Notes: generated from the letters alone by a model not told the origin. A DNA stretch of 63,005 nucleotides from Nanobdellota archaeon (GCA_022563455.1 JADFNI010000001.1:1-63005), one strand, 5' to 3'; numbered from the stretch's first letter, positions 52,546 to 61,789 are shown. A program made the numbers and translations.

Positions 52546-53352
52546 CTATTTTCTCTTTTGTAATATATAAAATACTGATTGTGGTCTTAATTTTTGAAAG
52601 AAATTCTTTGCATGATACTTGTTATTCCATGAGAATAGTTTACTTAGTACTGCATCAAGCCAAACAAGAATCATTGAATTTCCCCCGCTATGTTCCCATA
52701 GGTTTAATCTAATTAATAAGGGAAAGAGAATTTTTTCTTCAGAGAGTATATTTAGTTTATTTTCTTTGATTATTTTTCTGAATATATTTATTGGAATGCC
52801 CCTTTCTCTTTTTGTAAGACCTTTTCTTGGTTTTCTCCAATCTCCCATTGAGACTATTGGCTCTCTTATTAATAGATGGCCTTCTTTTGTTAGAACTCTT
52901 GTTAATTCTTTTATTATTGCACTAACATTTGGAATATGGTGGAGGACTCCAAAACATACAATTAAATCAAAAGTGTTATCATTGAAGTCTAGTTTTCCAT
53001 TCGGTTTTGGTGATATATATTTAACCTTTTTTCCACCAATATCTTTGGAAATTAATTCGCTTGAAGGTTCAACTATGGTAATCTTATCTGCTTTATTGAT
53101 TATTGGAAGAAGGTCATCCCCAAGAGCACTTCCAAAACCTAGAACGTTTGAAAATTTTTTAATTTTTTTTAACTTTCGGTAACCATGATATATATTTATT
53201 GCATGATCTCCATATTTATGATATCTTGGGAAAATTAATCCAGAATACCCTTCTTTTTCATCCTTAAACCATTCTTTTATCTCTTTATCATTAAAATCAT
53301 CTCCATATAATTTCTTGCCCATTAAAAAATCTTTGAAATTATTGTCTTTCAT
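52546..53352 (-). CDS. Class I SAM-dependent methyltransferase (268 aa)
   Basis: VLGFGSALGDD (motif I) and LIVCFGVLHHIPN. Confidence 0.7.
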   Translation of the reverse strand: MKDNNFKDFLMGKKLYGDDFNDKEIKEWFKDEKEGYSGLIFPRYHKYGDHAINIYHGYRKLKKIKKFSNVLGFGSALGDDLLPIINKADKITIVEPSSELISKDIGGKKVKYISPKPNGKLDFNDNTFDLIVCFGVLHHIPNVSAIIKELTRVLTKEGHLLIREPIVSMGDWRKPRKGLTKRERGIPINIFRKIIKENKLNILSEEKILFPLLIRLNLWEHSGGNSMILVWLDAVLSKLFSWNNKYHAKNFFQKLRPQSVFYILQKRK

Positions 53353-53846
53353 TTTACAACTTTTACCCTTACTCTAAGTTCTACAATAATGTTTCCCAAA
53401 AATCTTTTTAAGATGTTCAAAATTAATTTTGGAATAAATCTAAGAAATCTTTGAGGAACTGAATTTAGTTCTAGAATTTCAAATTTTTCTTTTTGATTTG
53501 AATGGCTATATTCTACTTTTCCAAGAGTCTGTTCCATTGAAGTTTCGTTGAAATAATTCACATGAGTTGGATCTGCATAAGCATAATAGCTATTATAATA
53601 TGGAACTATGATCCTTACAATTGCTGATTTTTTACATATTCTCCATATTTCCCTCATAATTCTCCAAGGATTCTCAAGATGTTCTAATACATTATCTATT
53701 AGAACTTCGTCAAATGAATTAGCTTTGAATGGGTATGGATACTTGTAAAAATTAAATGTCTTATCTATTCCCTTTCCTTTTTGCATGTCTACATTAATAT
53801 AACCTTTCTTGATTATAGTTCCACATCCAAAATTTAGTTTTTTCAT
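53349..53846 (-). CDS. Class I SAM-dependent methyltransferase (165 aa)
   Basis: MKKLNFGCGTIIKKGYINVD, IDNVLEHLENP and ADPTHVNYF. It is a paralog of 28957-29481. Confidence 0.75.
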   Translation of the reverse strand: MKKLNFGCGTIIKKGYINVDMQKGKGIDKTFNFYKYPYPFKANSFDEVLIDNVLEHLENPWRIMREIWRICKKSAIVRIIVPYYNSYYAYADPTHVNYFNETSMEQTLGKVEYSHSNQKEKFEILELNSVPQRFLRFIPKLILNILKRFLGNIIVELRVRVKVVK

Positions 53847-54982
53847 TTTAATTCTTTCAATATTATTTTATTTAAGGCTACTTCTGATTTATCTGCTGTA
53901 TAATTATCTTTAAAATACTTTCTTATTTTTTTTCTATTAACTTTGTTTTTAATCTTTAGAAAATTATCTACTAGATCTTCTGGAGTTTTTTTAGATGAAA
54001 CATATCCTAAGAAATCTTTGATTATTATATCTTTGATTGCACCTGTATCATATGATAAAACAGGGATTCCATACATTAGGGCTTCTAAAATAACTAAGGG
54101 GTAACATTCCATCTTATATTTTGTTGGAAATATTAAAAAATCTGTATTTGCGATTATTTTATTTTTTTCTTTACCATATTTAGGACCAAGGTAGAAACAA
54201 TTCCTCTCAAGTCTTAACTTTTTTAGTTCTTTATTCCATATTTTCTCAAAGGTTGGATCTAGAGAAACCCCTACAAAAAAGCAATTAAAATTAATTTTTT
54301 TCTTCTTTATTATGTTGCAAAATTTTAATACATCCAGGGCACCTTTTTCTTCGATCATATTTGATAAGAAAAGAAAATTGGTCTTTTTTTCTTTTTTTCT
54401 TTTTGAGATTATTCTTTCTAATTCATGGGTTGAAGTTTCATCTTTTATACCGTTTGGAAGAATATATGTGTCTTTAGTTTTAAATAAAGCTTTAACTTCT
54501 GGAAATAATAATTCTGAAAGAATTATCATTTTTGTTTTTCTAAATATGAAGTTGTAATATTTTGAATCTTTGTTATTTTTTGAGCTAAGGCCCCTTGAAT
54601 GACTTGCAAATATTATCTTTCTTCTGAATAATTTACATAGAAGAACATATGTGCTATCTTTGAAAAGGGCAATGCCACTTGGAGCTATTTCGAAATAAAT
54701 TATATTTGGACGAAAAAATGTTAGAAGAAATATTGTTTTTATTAGGCCCACTACTTGGAAAAATATAGTATTTAAGTTTAATTTACCCATATCTTCTAAG
54801 GAATTATAGGAATTTAATTTAATTTTTTTGACATTAAACTTTTTACCCAATGAATTAAAATAAATTTCATTCATTACAGAAGCCCCATGAATTGGAGGAA
54901 CAAATCTTCCAAGGAAAAGAATTTTATTTTTCACTTTAGTTTTATCCCTCCCAGATAGCTTAAAGATATAAGACTTCTCCAA
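53843..54982 (-). CDS. Glycosyltransferase family 4 (GT-B)
   Basis: The C-terminus FPTKYKMECYPLVILEALMYGIPVLSYDTGAIKDII is an E..7E-type motif. The start is uncertain because the ORF overlaps the upstream gene by 52 nt. Confidence 0.7.
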   Translation of the reverse strand: MEKSYIFKLSGRDKTKVKNKILFLGRFVPPIHGASVMNEIYFNSLGKKFNVKKIKLNSYNSLEDMGKLNLNTIFFQVVGLIKTIFLLTFFRPNIIYFEIAPSGIALFKDSTYVLLCKLFRRKIIFASHSRGLSSKNNKDSKYYNFIFRKTKMIILSELLFPEVKALFKTKDTYILPNGIKDETSTHELERIISKRKKEKKTNFLFLSNMIEEKGALDVLKFCNIIKKKKINFNCFFVGVSLDPTFEKIWNKELKKLRLERNCFYLGPKYGKEKNKIIANTDFLIFPTKYKMECYPLVILEALMYGIPVLSYDTGAIKDIIIKDFLGYVSSKKTPEDLVDNFLKIKNKVNRKKIRKYFKDNYTADKSEVALNKIILKELK

Positions 54983-55647
54983 ACTTTTTTCCTTGCATTT
55001 TTAAAATCTGTTAAGAGTCTATAAAGCCATTCAAGACCTAGAAATCTTATAAATTCTGGAGCTTCCCTTTTTTTGCCCAATAGGAAATCTATTGCTGCAC
55101 CTACATTAAAAAAGTACTTTGCATTTGATTTTTCATATAGTTCTTTAGACAATATATTTTGTTTTGGACTCCCTATTCCTATCCAGACATAACATATATT
55201 CTTAGAATTAATTAAATTAATAATTTTTTTTATTTCTTCTTTTTTAAATTTTGGTCCACTTATGAATGGAAGATTGTAGTTTATTGGATTTTTTAAATGA
55301 GGATATAATTTTTTTAGATCTTTTAGACCATTATTGTTAAGTCCTAAAAATAAATGTTTTTTTTCTTTTGAAAGAAGAGAACTTGATAAATATCTTTTTG
55401 TAAATTTAGGACCACTTAATCTTGAAACTTTTCTAAAACTAGTTAAGGAAAGATATATGGATGGAATAAATCCATCTATAAAAGATATGTTTGAAGCCTT
55501 ATCAAAGGTTCTTCTAAAATCCTTATTGTTTTTGAATTGATATAAATCATGTAGATTTAAAAAATTTATAATTTTTCGTGAACTATTTGATTCTAAAAAA
55601 TTCTCTAATTCTTTTTCTGTTTTTGTTTCAAATTCTAGTTTTCCCAT
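54931..55647 (-). CDS. WecB/TagA/CpsF-family glycosyltransferase (GT26)
   Basis: IGIGSPKQNILSKEL...NVGAAIDFLLGKKREAPEFIRFLGLEWLYRLL is the GT26 signature. Confidence 0.8.
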   Translation of the reverse strand: MGKLEFETKTEKELENFLESNSSRKIINFLNLHDLYQFKNNKDFRRTFDKASNISFIDGFIPSIYLSLTSFRKVSRLSGPKFTKRYLSSSLLSKEKKHLFLGLNNNGLKDLKKLYPHLKNPINYNLPFISGPKFKKEEIKKIINLINSKNICYVWIGIGSPKQNILSKELYEKSNAKYFFNVGAAIDFLLGKKREAPEFIRFLGLEWLYRLLTDFKNARKKVWRSLISLSYLGGIKLK

Positions 55648-55692
55648 TTAAAAATTGTGTGGCTAAGAGTTTTTAAGATTTTTGAGAAAAAT

Positions 55693-56673
55693 TTAACCTT
55701 GGCCCTTATTCTTTTCTACTTGCTCTGCAATCCATTTGTAAGTTTTTTTCATTCCTTCTTTTAGTGGATAGCTAGGTGCCCAGTCTAATTTTTCAAGTAT
55801 TAATGAATTTTCAGATGTTCTCCCACGAACTCCTAAAGGCCCTTCAATATGCTTTAGACTTATACTTTTTCCAGCTATTTCTGCAGCCATTTCTGCTAGA
55901 GCATTTATTGAAATAATCTCCTCTGAACCAATGTTTACAGGCTCCATAAAATCTGAATCCATTAATCTTCTTATTCCTTCCAAACATTCATCAATATATA
56001 AAAATGATCTTGTTTGTTCCCCATCCCCCCAAATCTCAATTTCTCCACCATCAGAACATTCTGCTACTTTTCTACACATTGCTGCAGGAGCTTTTTCTTT
56101 TCCACCAGTCCAAGTCCCCTCTGGACCAAAAATATTATGAAACCTTGCAATCCTTACTTCAGACCCAACATTCCTATTTAATGCTGCATATAATCTTTCA
56201 CTGAATAACTTTTCCCATCCATATTCTGAATCTGGGTTTGCAGGATATGCATCTCCCTCCTTTAATCCTTTGTTATCAGTATCTAACTGAATTTCTTCTG
56301 GATAAATGCATGCGGAAGAAGAGTAAAATATTTTCTTATATCTACCGTTCAAATTTGTAAAGTTCAAATTTACTGATGCAGAATTATGCATAACGTTAAA
56401 ATCATTTTCTCCAGTAAATATATAGCCTGCACCCCCCATATCTGCTGCTAATTGATAAACTTCATCAAATTTATCTCCTGATTCTAAAGATAATGCTTTC
56501 TTGCAGATCTCCTCATTCACTAGATCACCAATGATAAAATCATCGGCAACAGTTTTTGAGAATTGGTGTTCCTTTAAGTCTGCTCCTCTAACCCAATAAC
56601 CTTCACTTTTTAGTCTTTTCACAAGATGGCCTCCAATAAAACCTCCTGCACCACATACTAGCGCTGTTTTCAT
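55693..56673 (-). CDS. GDP-mannose 3,5-epimerase-like NAD-dependent epimerase
   Basis: CGAGGFIGGHLVKRLKSEGYWVRGAD, LAADMGGAGYI, YSSSACIYPEE, YGWEKL and RFHNIFGPEGTWTGGKEKAPAAMCRK closely follow the plant/bacterial GME pattern. Confidence 0.75.
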   Translation of the reverse strand: MKTALVCGAGGFIGGHLVKRLKSEGYWVRGADLKEHQFSKTVADDFIIGDLVNEEICKKALSLESGDKFDEVYQLAADMGGAGYIFTGENDFNVMHNSASVNLNFTNLNGRYKKIFYSSSACIYPEEIQLDTDNKGLKEGDAYPANPDSEYGWEKLFSERLYAALNRNVGSEVRIARFHNIFGPEGTWTGGKEKAPAAMCRKVAECSDGGEIEIWGDGEQTRSFLYIDECLEGIRRLMDSDFMEPVNIGSEEIISINALAEMAAEIAGKSISLKHIEGPLGVRGRTSENSLILEKLDWAPSYPLKEGMKKTYKWIAEQVEKNKGQG

Positions 56674-58073
56674 TTTTCTTGAAAGTTGAAGCTATTTTTA
56701 AACTTTATCATACTAAATTGTCTCTTCCTAAAGAACATCAAAGTTCCTAAATATATTATTCTACTAATTACTGTTGCTACTCCTGCCCCCATTACTGCTG
56801 CAAACATTCCCCTAGGTAAAAGAGAGACTATTAAGACATAGTTTAGAACTATGTTTATTATTGTTGATAGGATCAGAAGGGCCGCATATTCCTTAGTTTT
56901 TTTCTGAGAAATATAATAGGTACTATAAAGGGCTATTATTGGTGCAGTGATTACTATAATTGAGAAAAGCTTTAGTAAAGGGACTGCAATTTGATAATCC
57001 TGCCCATAGGCAAGTATTATAATCTCTGCAAATAAATAGGTGAATATTCCCGCAGATAATGTAATTAGTAATGTAATTGACATTGCTTTTTTGAATCCTC
57101 TTTCGAGTTGATTGCCTTTTAGTCCACTTAATATTGGAAGAAGTGCTGTCGCAGAAAATGCAAGTATTGCCGAAGCTGCAATTGCAAGACTGAAGGCTGC
57201 TAGATAATATCCCAGGAATTCTGTAAGTGGGATATAATGACCAAGCATCATCATATCTATACTCCCAAAGAATGAACCTGAAAGAGCCGTTACTGATAGG
57301 GGTAATACAAATCTTTTTAACTCTAATTTTTCCCTTGAATTTATTTTTTCCTTAACTGACTTCAAAATACGAGAACCTTTTAATTTAAAAGAAACATATA
57401 GAGTAGTTAATAAATATGAAAACGTCAATATTAAAATAATTGATGCAATTAGTAATTGATCGTTCACATTTCCTAAAAGAAGAATAATTACTAATGGGAC
57501 TAAGATGAGTCTTAGAAATTGAAAAATTGTTTCTTTAATCAACCCTATCTTGAAATTGTTCATTGAAATAAAAACTTCGGTAAAAAAGCCAGTCAATCCT
57601 ATTAAGGGAATATAAATTATTCCTGCAAGAAGTGCATAAAAAAGGGGTTTGTTATAAAAAATATTTGAGATGTAATAACTTGAAGCCAATAATGCAAGAG
57701 AAATTAATAATAATAATAATAATTTATATTTTAAGAGATATTCTAAATATCCTCTTGCTTTAGAATCTTTATTTTCTGATAAATTATTTGATATAAATGT
57801 TATTGCTGTAATTCCAATACCTAGGTCTGAAAAAGATGCAAAAATGAGTATTGTTGAAAGCGCTAACCCATATAATCCAAATAATTCTGGTTGAAGCAGT
57901 CTTGCTATAATAATTGTAAAAGCTAATGCACTTACCTTTGAAACTATTGTAATTCCTATTTGATATGTTGAATTCTTTACCGCTTGACCAGTGTTTCCTC
58001 TGAAATCTCTATTAATAATTCTGTTGCCTAAGCCTTTTAATTCATTAAAACTGTTTACTACTCTTCTTCTCAT
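56670..58073 (-). CDS. Wzx-type oligosaccharide flippase (MOP/polysaccharide biosynthesis protein family)
   Basis: 467 aa with ~12-14 TM helices, and a position at the end of the glycan cluster. Confidence 0.7.
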   Translation of the reverse strand: MRRRVVNSFNELKGLGNRIINRDFRGNTGQAVKNSTYQIGITIVSKVSALAFTIIIARLLQPELFGLYGLALSTILIFASFSDLGIGITAITFISNNLSENKDSKARGYLEYLLKYKLLLLLLISLALLASSYYISNIFYNKPLFYALLAGIIYIPLIGLTGFFTEVFISMNNFKIGLIKETIFQFLRLILVPLVIILLLGNVNDQLLIASIILILTFSYLLTTLYVSFKLKGSRILKSVKEKINSREKLELKRFVLPLSVTALSGSFFGSIDMMMLGHYIPLTEFLGYYLAAFSLAIAASAILAFSATALLPILSGLKGNQLERGFKKAMSITLLITLSAGIFTYLFAEIIILAYGQDYQIAVPLLKLFSIIVITAPIIALYSTYYISQKKTKEYAALLILSTIINIVLNYVLIVSLLPRGMFAAVMGAGVATVISRIIYLGTLMFFRKRQFSMIKFKNSFNFQEK

Positions 58074-58531
58074 AAGTCTGTAATCCTTTTCTTGTTTTTA
58101 TTTCTTTTTAGAACGTAACCCAGTGAAATTTTTTGAAGTATGCTTTCGTCTATCTTTTTTAGAACTACCAAATCTGGAATTATATGAATCACAAACCCAA
58201 CGAGGGTGTAAAAAAATATTTGGTTTAAAAATCCTAAAGCCAACAATATACTCCAACAAATCCAGTTATGGAAAATGAATACTCCTTTTGTATATTCTTT
58301 CCTTTTCTTAGAGGGCATTTTTTTTATTTTTGGAGAGGACCTGATATACCAACTAATTGCATTAAATGGATTTAGGTCCTTTGATTCTGCTGCATACCAA
58401 AAATAATGATCAATATCTATTAGAACTGATGCAAGACTAATCGTTACTGCAGCAAGTATTGGTATGTCAAAGTAGAAATATAAAAACCCTGGTACTAAAA
58501 TTCCTGTTAATACATGATATTTAAATTCCAT
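58070..58531 (-). CDS. Predicted membrane protein (153 aa), possibly DUF457/YdjM-like
   Basis: 4-5 hydrophobic segments with His residues near helix ends. The family call is weak. Confidence 0.4.
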   Translation of the reverse strand: MEFKYHVLTGILVPGFLYFYFDIPILAAVTISLASVLIDIDHYFWYAAESKDLNPFNAISWYIRSSPKIKKMPSKKRKEYTKGVFIFHNWICWSILLALGFLNQIFFYTLVGFVIHIIPDLVVLKKIDESILQKISLGYVLKRNKNKKRITDL

Positions 58532-58532
58532 A

Positions 58533-60083
58533 TTATTCTTCTAATTGTCTTGCTATATCTGCAAACGCTGGCCTAGATACTAAAACTCCTGTTGTAATTC
58601 CGATTATTGTAGTTATTGCGAAACCCTTTAGAAGGCCTGCTGATGCTGCACCGATTCCCATGAATCCTAGAAGGCCTGTTAAAGGAATCATTGCAACTGT
58701 TGTTGTTGCGAACGCTGTCACGATTATGAAAAGCGCTTTTTTAATTCGTGCCTTTGCTGAGTCTCGTTTGTCTCGTGCCTCATCTAAGATAATTATTTGT
58801 GAATCTATACCCGTACCTATTGCAGCAATTATTCCGGCAATTGAAGGAAGGTCTAAATTCCACCCGATAAGCGATGCAACACCCAATATTATTAAAACTT
58901 CAGATAATGAAACTGTGACTAATGCTGCAGAGATTTTTAATTTTCGATATCTTACAAAAACAATTATTGAAACTGCGATAATTGCAAATATTCCTCCGAG
59001 CATTATTTGTCTTGTAAATTCCCCCCCTAATTTTGGAGAGATTTTGTCAAGCTTTACTATGTCTAATTTATATGGAAGAGATCCGGTTATGAGAATTGTT
59101 TGAAGTCTTTTCATTTCTTCATTTGCATTAGCTATTGCATCTTGTCTTGTTAAACCTGAGCCTGAGCCTGAAATTGATATTTGGGTTGCGACTACTCCTT
59201 TTAAGCTAATACCTATATTTAGAGAAGATATTAATTGGTCGTCGATAAAAAAGTCTAGTTGCTTGCTTAAATAAGAGCCATTGACTTTTAAATCTCCAGT
59301 TACATCTGCATGATGCTTCGCTGCTTCCTCACTTAAATAAATTGTAAATTGGAATGTACAAATATCTCCTGAAGATCCTCTAGATCTCTGACAGTTTGTT
59401 ATTAGTGCTTCAGTACCTGATCTTGCTACTCTTGTTATGTCTTTATCTCCCCCAATAAATACCGTTTCGTTTCCGATTTTTGCTTCAAACTTTCCTTGCT
59501 CCGAAATTAATTCTTCTAAATCTTTTGGAGTTGAGCCTGCAATTTCTACACCCATTAATCGATCTCCAGAGGAAGTTAAAACCTTAAAGAATTTTACATC
59601 AGAAAAACCATAGACATTTAATCTTTGCTCAGATACTGCTATAAGATCCTCTAATTCTTCTTCTGTTAATCTTTGATCTGCTTTGACTAAAGCACGCGAG
59701 CCTCCTTGTAAATCTAATCCGCTTTTTATTCTAGTATTGGGTATTTCTTTTACAGAGATTTGATCTGCTAAAGAACTTGAATATAGATTTATTATTTCTG
59801 GGTTGTTTGTTATTGTTATTATTACTTTTTCTGTTGTATTCTTTGGAATGTTTCTTATTTTTTCTATTTGGGATCTATAATCTTCAAGATTTGTTATTGA
59901 AACTCCATTTATTCCTGTGATGGTCATGCCTTCCCTAAGGCCATCTTCTCTAATTGTTGTGTTTCTCTCTACAGAATCTACGAGAACCCCTTCGCTTAAG
60001 AAAATTGGGGGAATCGAAAAAATTGAAATTAAGGATAAAATTACTGCTATTATTAATATCCAAATTCTGAAAGTTATTTTCAT
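58533..60083 (-). CDS. secD: Protein-export membrane protein SecD
   Basis: A large periplasmic-type loop followed by 5 C-terminal TM helices (..GIDSQIIILDE..). The start is set at the ATG (60083-60081) that forms an ATGA overlap with the SecF stop. The track ORF extends to 60101. Confidence 0.85.
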   Translation of the reverse strand: MKITFRIWILIIAVILSLISIFSIPPIFLSEGVLVDSVERNTTIREDGLREGMTITGINGVSITNLEDYRSQIEKIRNIPKNTTEKVIITITNNPEIINLYSSSLADQISVKEIPNTRIKSGLDLQGGSRALVKADQRLTEEELEDLIAVSEQRLNVYGFSDVKFFKVLTSSGDRLMGVEIAGSTPKDLEELISEQGKFEAKIGNETVFIGGDKDITRVARSGTEALITNCQRSRGSSGDICTFQFTIYLSEEAAKHHADVTGDLKVNGSYLSKQLDFFIDDQLISSLNIGISLKGVVATQISISGSGSGLTRQDAIANANEEMKRLQTILITGSLPYKLDIVKLDKISPKLGGEFTRQIMLGGIFAIIAVSIIVFVRYRKLKISAALVTVSLSEVLIILGVASLIGWNLDLPSIAGIIAAIGTGIDSQIIILDEARDKRDSAKARIKKALFIIVTAFATTTVAMIPLTGLLGFMGIGAASAGLLKGFAITTIIGITTGVLVSRPAFADIARQLEE

Positions 60084-61093
60084 TGTTGTTCCATGTGCCA
60101 TTTAAGAATTGAAGCATTAGTTACCCATGTGTTGAATAGATCGATTGTAAGCCCTATTAGAAGGATTATAAAAATTTGATTTAGAACTGAGCCGAAAGAA
60201 TAGACTACAATTAATGCAGTTGTTACGGCGGTGATTGAGGTTAATGTCATCGTTGTTCCTGTTTTGAAGGCTCCAAGAAGTGCTTCATTTATACTTTCTC
60301 TTTTTCGAAGAAGTCTTGTTGTTAGAAGGATATCTGTGTCAACCGAGTAACCTATGAGCATTAAGAACGCTACGATTCCTGCAGTGGACAATTTCATGCC
60401 GATGATATTTACTACTGCCAAAGTCATAGTAATCCCTGCGAAGGCTGAAAGCATTACTGCAAAAGCTGGAACCGAATTTTTGATATAGAGATAAATTAAA
60501 TATGAAATAAATGCTATGAAAATAATTCCTGAAATTATTGGATTAATGGATAAGAAAAATTTTCCCATGAAAAAGCCAAAGAGGATATTTATGAAAATTA
60601 CTTTTGCCTTTAGCTTTTTGCCTTTAGCAAAAATTACAAACACTACTGCTGCCATCCAGAAAAACGCTAGAAGAACTGCAACTATTAGTTGTTTGTAAAA
60701 ATCATTTGATAATGAGGCGCTTGTTGTTTCTATTGAAGAATTTTCCTCACTTAATTCTTCACCTAAAATTTCTTCTAAAGACGACTTTAGAGTTTCGGTG
60801 TTTTCTTCAGGAGTCGTTATTACTAATTGTAGTTGCCTTCCTGAATTATCTGAAATTGTTTTTATTTCGAAGTCGCTAAGATTATTTAATAGAAGATCTT
60901 CAAGCTCTGTTGACGACATGCTTGTGAATATACTTATTGAAGTTCCTCCAGTTAAAGATACGTCTTTTAAGATAACGTCGCCAGTTTGGAAATAAAAAAC
61001 GGATAGGAATATGAATGAAGCTAAAAGTAAAACTATTGGAGCGATTAGCATTTTCTTGTAATTGTTGTCGTACCACTTTTCGAAATCTTTCAT
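60080..61093 (-). CDS. secF: Protein-export membrane protein SecF
   Basis: Shows the archaeal secF-secD gene order. The C-terminal TM bundle has GYSVDTDILLTTR. Confidence 0.85.
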   Translation of the reverse strand: MKDFEKWYDNNYKKMLIAPIVLLLASFIFLSVFYFQTGDVILKDVSLTGGTSISIFTSMSSTELEDLLLNNLSDFEIKTISDNSGRQLQLVITTPEENTETLKSSLEEILGEELSEENSSIETTSASLSNDFYKQLIVAVLLAFFWMAAVVFVIFAKGKKLKAKVIFINILFGFFMGKFFLSINPIISGIIFIAFISYLIYLYIKNSVPAFAVMLSAFAGITMTLAVVNIIGMKLSTAGIVAFLMLIGYSVDTDILLTTRLLRKRESINEALLGAFKTGTTMTLTSITAVTTALIVVYSFGSVLNQIFIILLIGLTIDLFNTWVTNASILKWHMEQQ

Positions 61094-61206
61094 TGTAATA
61101 AATAGATAAATATGAGATTTTAAATGTTTGGTGTTTTTTGGCTTCGTGGAAAGGTTTATGTAATGTAAATGTTTAGATAATCTAGGTATTAAAAGGAGGT
61201 TGATTG

Positions 61207-61473
61207 ATGGAAGGAAATGTTTGTAAAACTTGTGGCGGAAATTGTATGTTCTGTAAAGTTACTCTAGTCGTTGGTTCTTTAGTGATTGTCGCACTTGCTT
61301 GGACGCTATCTCTATGGTGGGATATTCTTTATAGTAAGATTGCAATAACTGTTGTTGCTTTAGTTGTATCTATGACAATGTTTTGCCCTTGTAAAAATGA
61401 GGGAGGAGCTAACGCAATGAAAGCGCCAGCCGCTGTGGTTGCAAAGCCTGCTGCTAAAGCAGCTGTTGTTTAA
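61207..61473 (+). CDS. Small Cys-rich membrane protein (88 aa), hypothetical
   Basis: A GGAGGT SD lies 7 nt before ATG 61207. The N-terminus is CKTCGGNCMFC, followed by two TM helices, FCPC and an Ala/Lys-rich tail. Confidence 0.5.
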   Translation: MEGNVCKTCGGNCMFCKVTLVVGSLVIVALAWTLSLWWDILYSKIAITVVALVVSMTMFCPCKNEGGANAMKAPAAVVAKPAAKAAVV

Positions 61474-61483
61474 ACAATATAAA

Positions 61484-61502
61484 TTTTATTTTTATTTTTT
61501 TT
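61484..61502 (+). terminator. Oligo-T tract downstream of the 88-aa ORF
   Basis: TTTTATTTTTATTTTTTTT lies 10 nt after the stop codon. Archaeal termination occurs at T-runs. Confidence 0.4.
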
Positions 61503-61511
61503 AGAATTGAT

Positions 61512-61654
61512 TTTCGGACTCGAAGGTTCGATTCCATTATTTGCTTAGATGCGCGGACTGCTCAAGATCATCTCTTTGTTTATGTTTATTTTATCAAAGA
61601 GTTAATCTTTCGGACTCGAAGGTTCGATTCCATTATTTGCTTAGATGCGCGGAC
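61512..61654. repeat. 47-nt direct repeat (61512-61558 and 61608-61654) covering the tRNA-Gly 3' end plus 38 nt of trailer
   Basis: TTTCGGACTCGAAGGTTCGATTCCATTATTTGCTTAGATGCGCGGAC occurs twice exactly with a 96-nt period. The 49-nt spacer holds the CTCTTTG(61572-61578)/CAAAGAG(61595-61601) hairpin. Confidence 0.85.
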
Positions 61655-61736
61655 GGGGACTCGAACCCCGGTCAATTGGTTTCTTCAAACTTAAAATATT
61701 TGGAAGCCAATTATTCTGCCACTAAACTATCCACGC
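61646..61736 (-). tRNA. tRNA-Gly (anticodon UCC) with a 20-nt intron after position 37 (about 61681-61700)
   Basis: Reverse complement: GCGTGGATAGTTTAGTGGCAGAATAATTGGCTTCCA[AATATTTTAAGTTTGAAGAA]ACCAATTGACCGGGGTTCGAGTCCCCGTCCGCGCA. The acceptor stem is GCGTGGA/TCCGCGC. The intron pairs with the anticodon region (CAAA/TTTG, CTT/AAG) in a BHB-like fashion. Confidence 0.8.
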
Positions 61737-61789
61737 ATTAAAGGTAATATCCTTAAGAGGGTTTTAAAGTTTATCGTTGTATATTGCAA

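Noticed and set aside
52619-53182. 187-aa plus-strand ORF. The same applies to 43876..44571, 58660..59103, 60516..60995, 31003..31469 and 37606..37980.
   Set aside because: They are antisense to long, motif-supported genes (a methyltransferase, the tri-domain fusion, SecD, SecF, Gmd and the oxidoreductase fusion). They have a Ser/Leu/Phe-rich composition typical of shadow ORFs.
61521-61535. Plus-strand GGTTCGATTCC T-loop-like motifs (also at 61617-61631 and GGTTCGATTAC at 6108-6118), considered as possible plus-strand tRNAs or tRNA halves.
   Set aside because: No complementary T stem, acceptor stem or anticodon arm can be drawn. They are half of a near-palindrome (GGACTCGAA/TTCGATTCC) in the trailers of minus-strand tRNAs.
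61541-61741. 66-aa plus-strand ORF.
   Set aside because: It lies antisense over tRNA-Gly and the 47-nt repeat. It is not coding.
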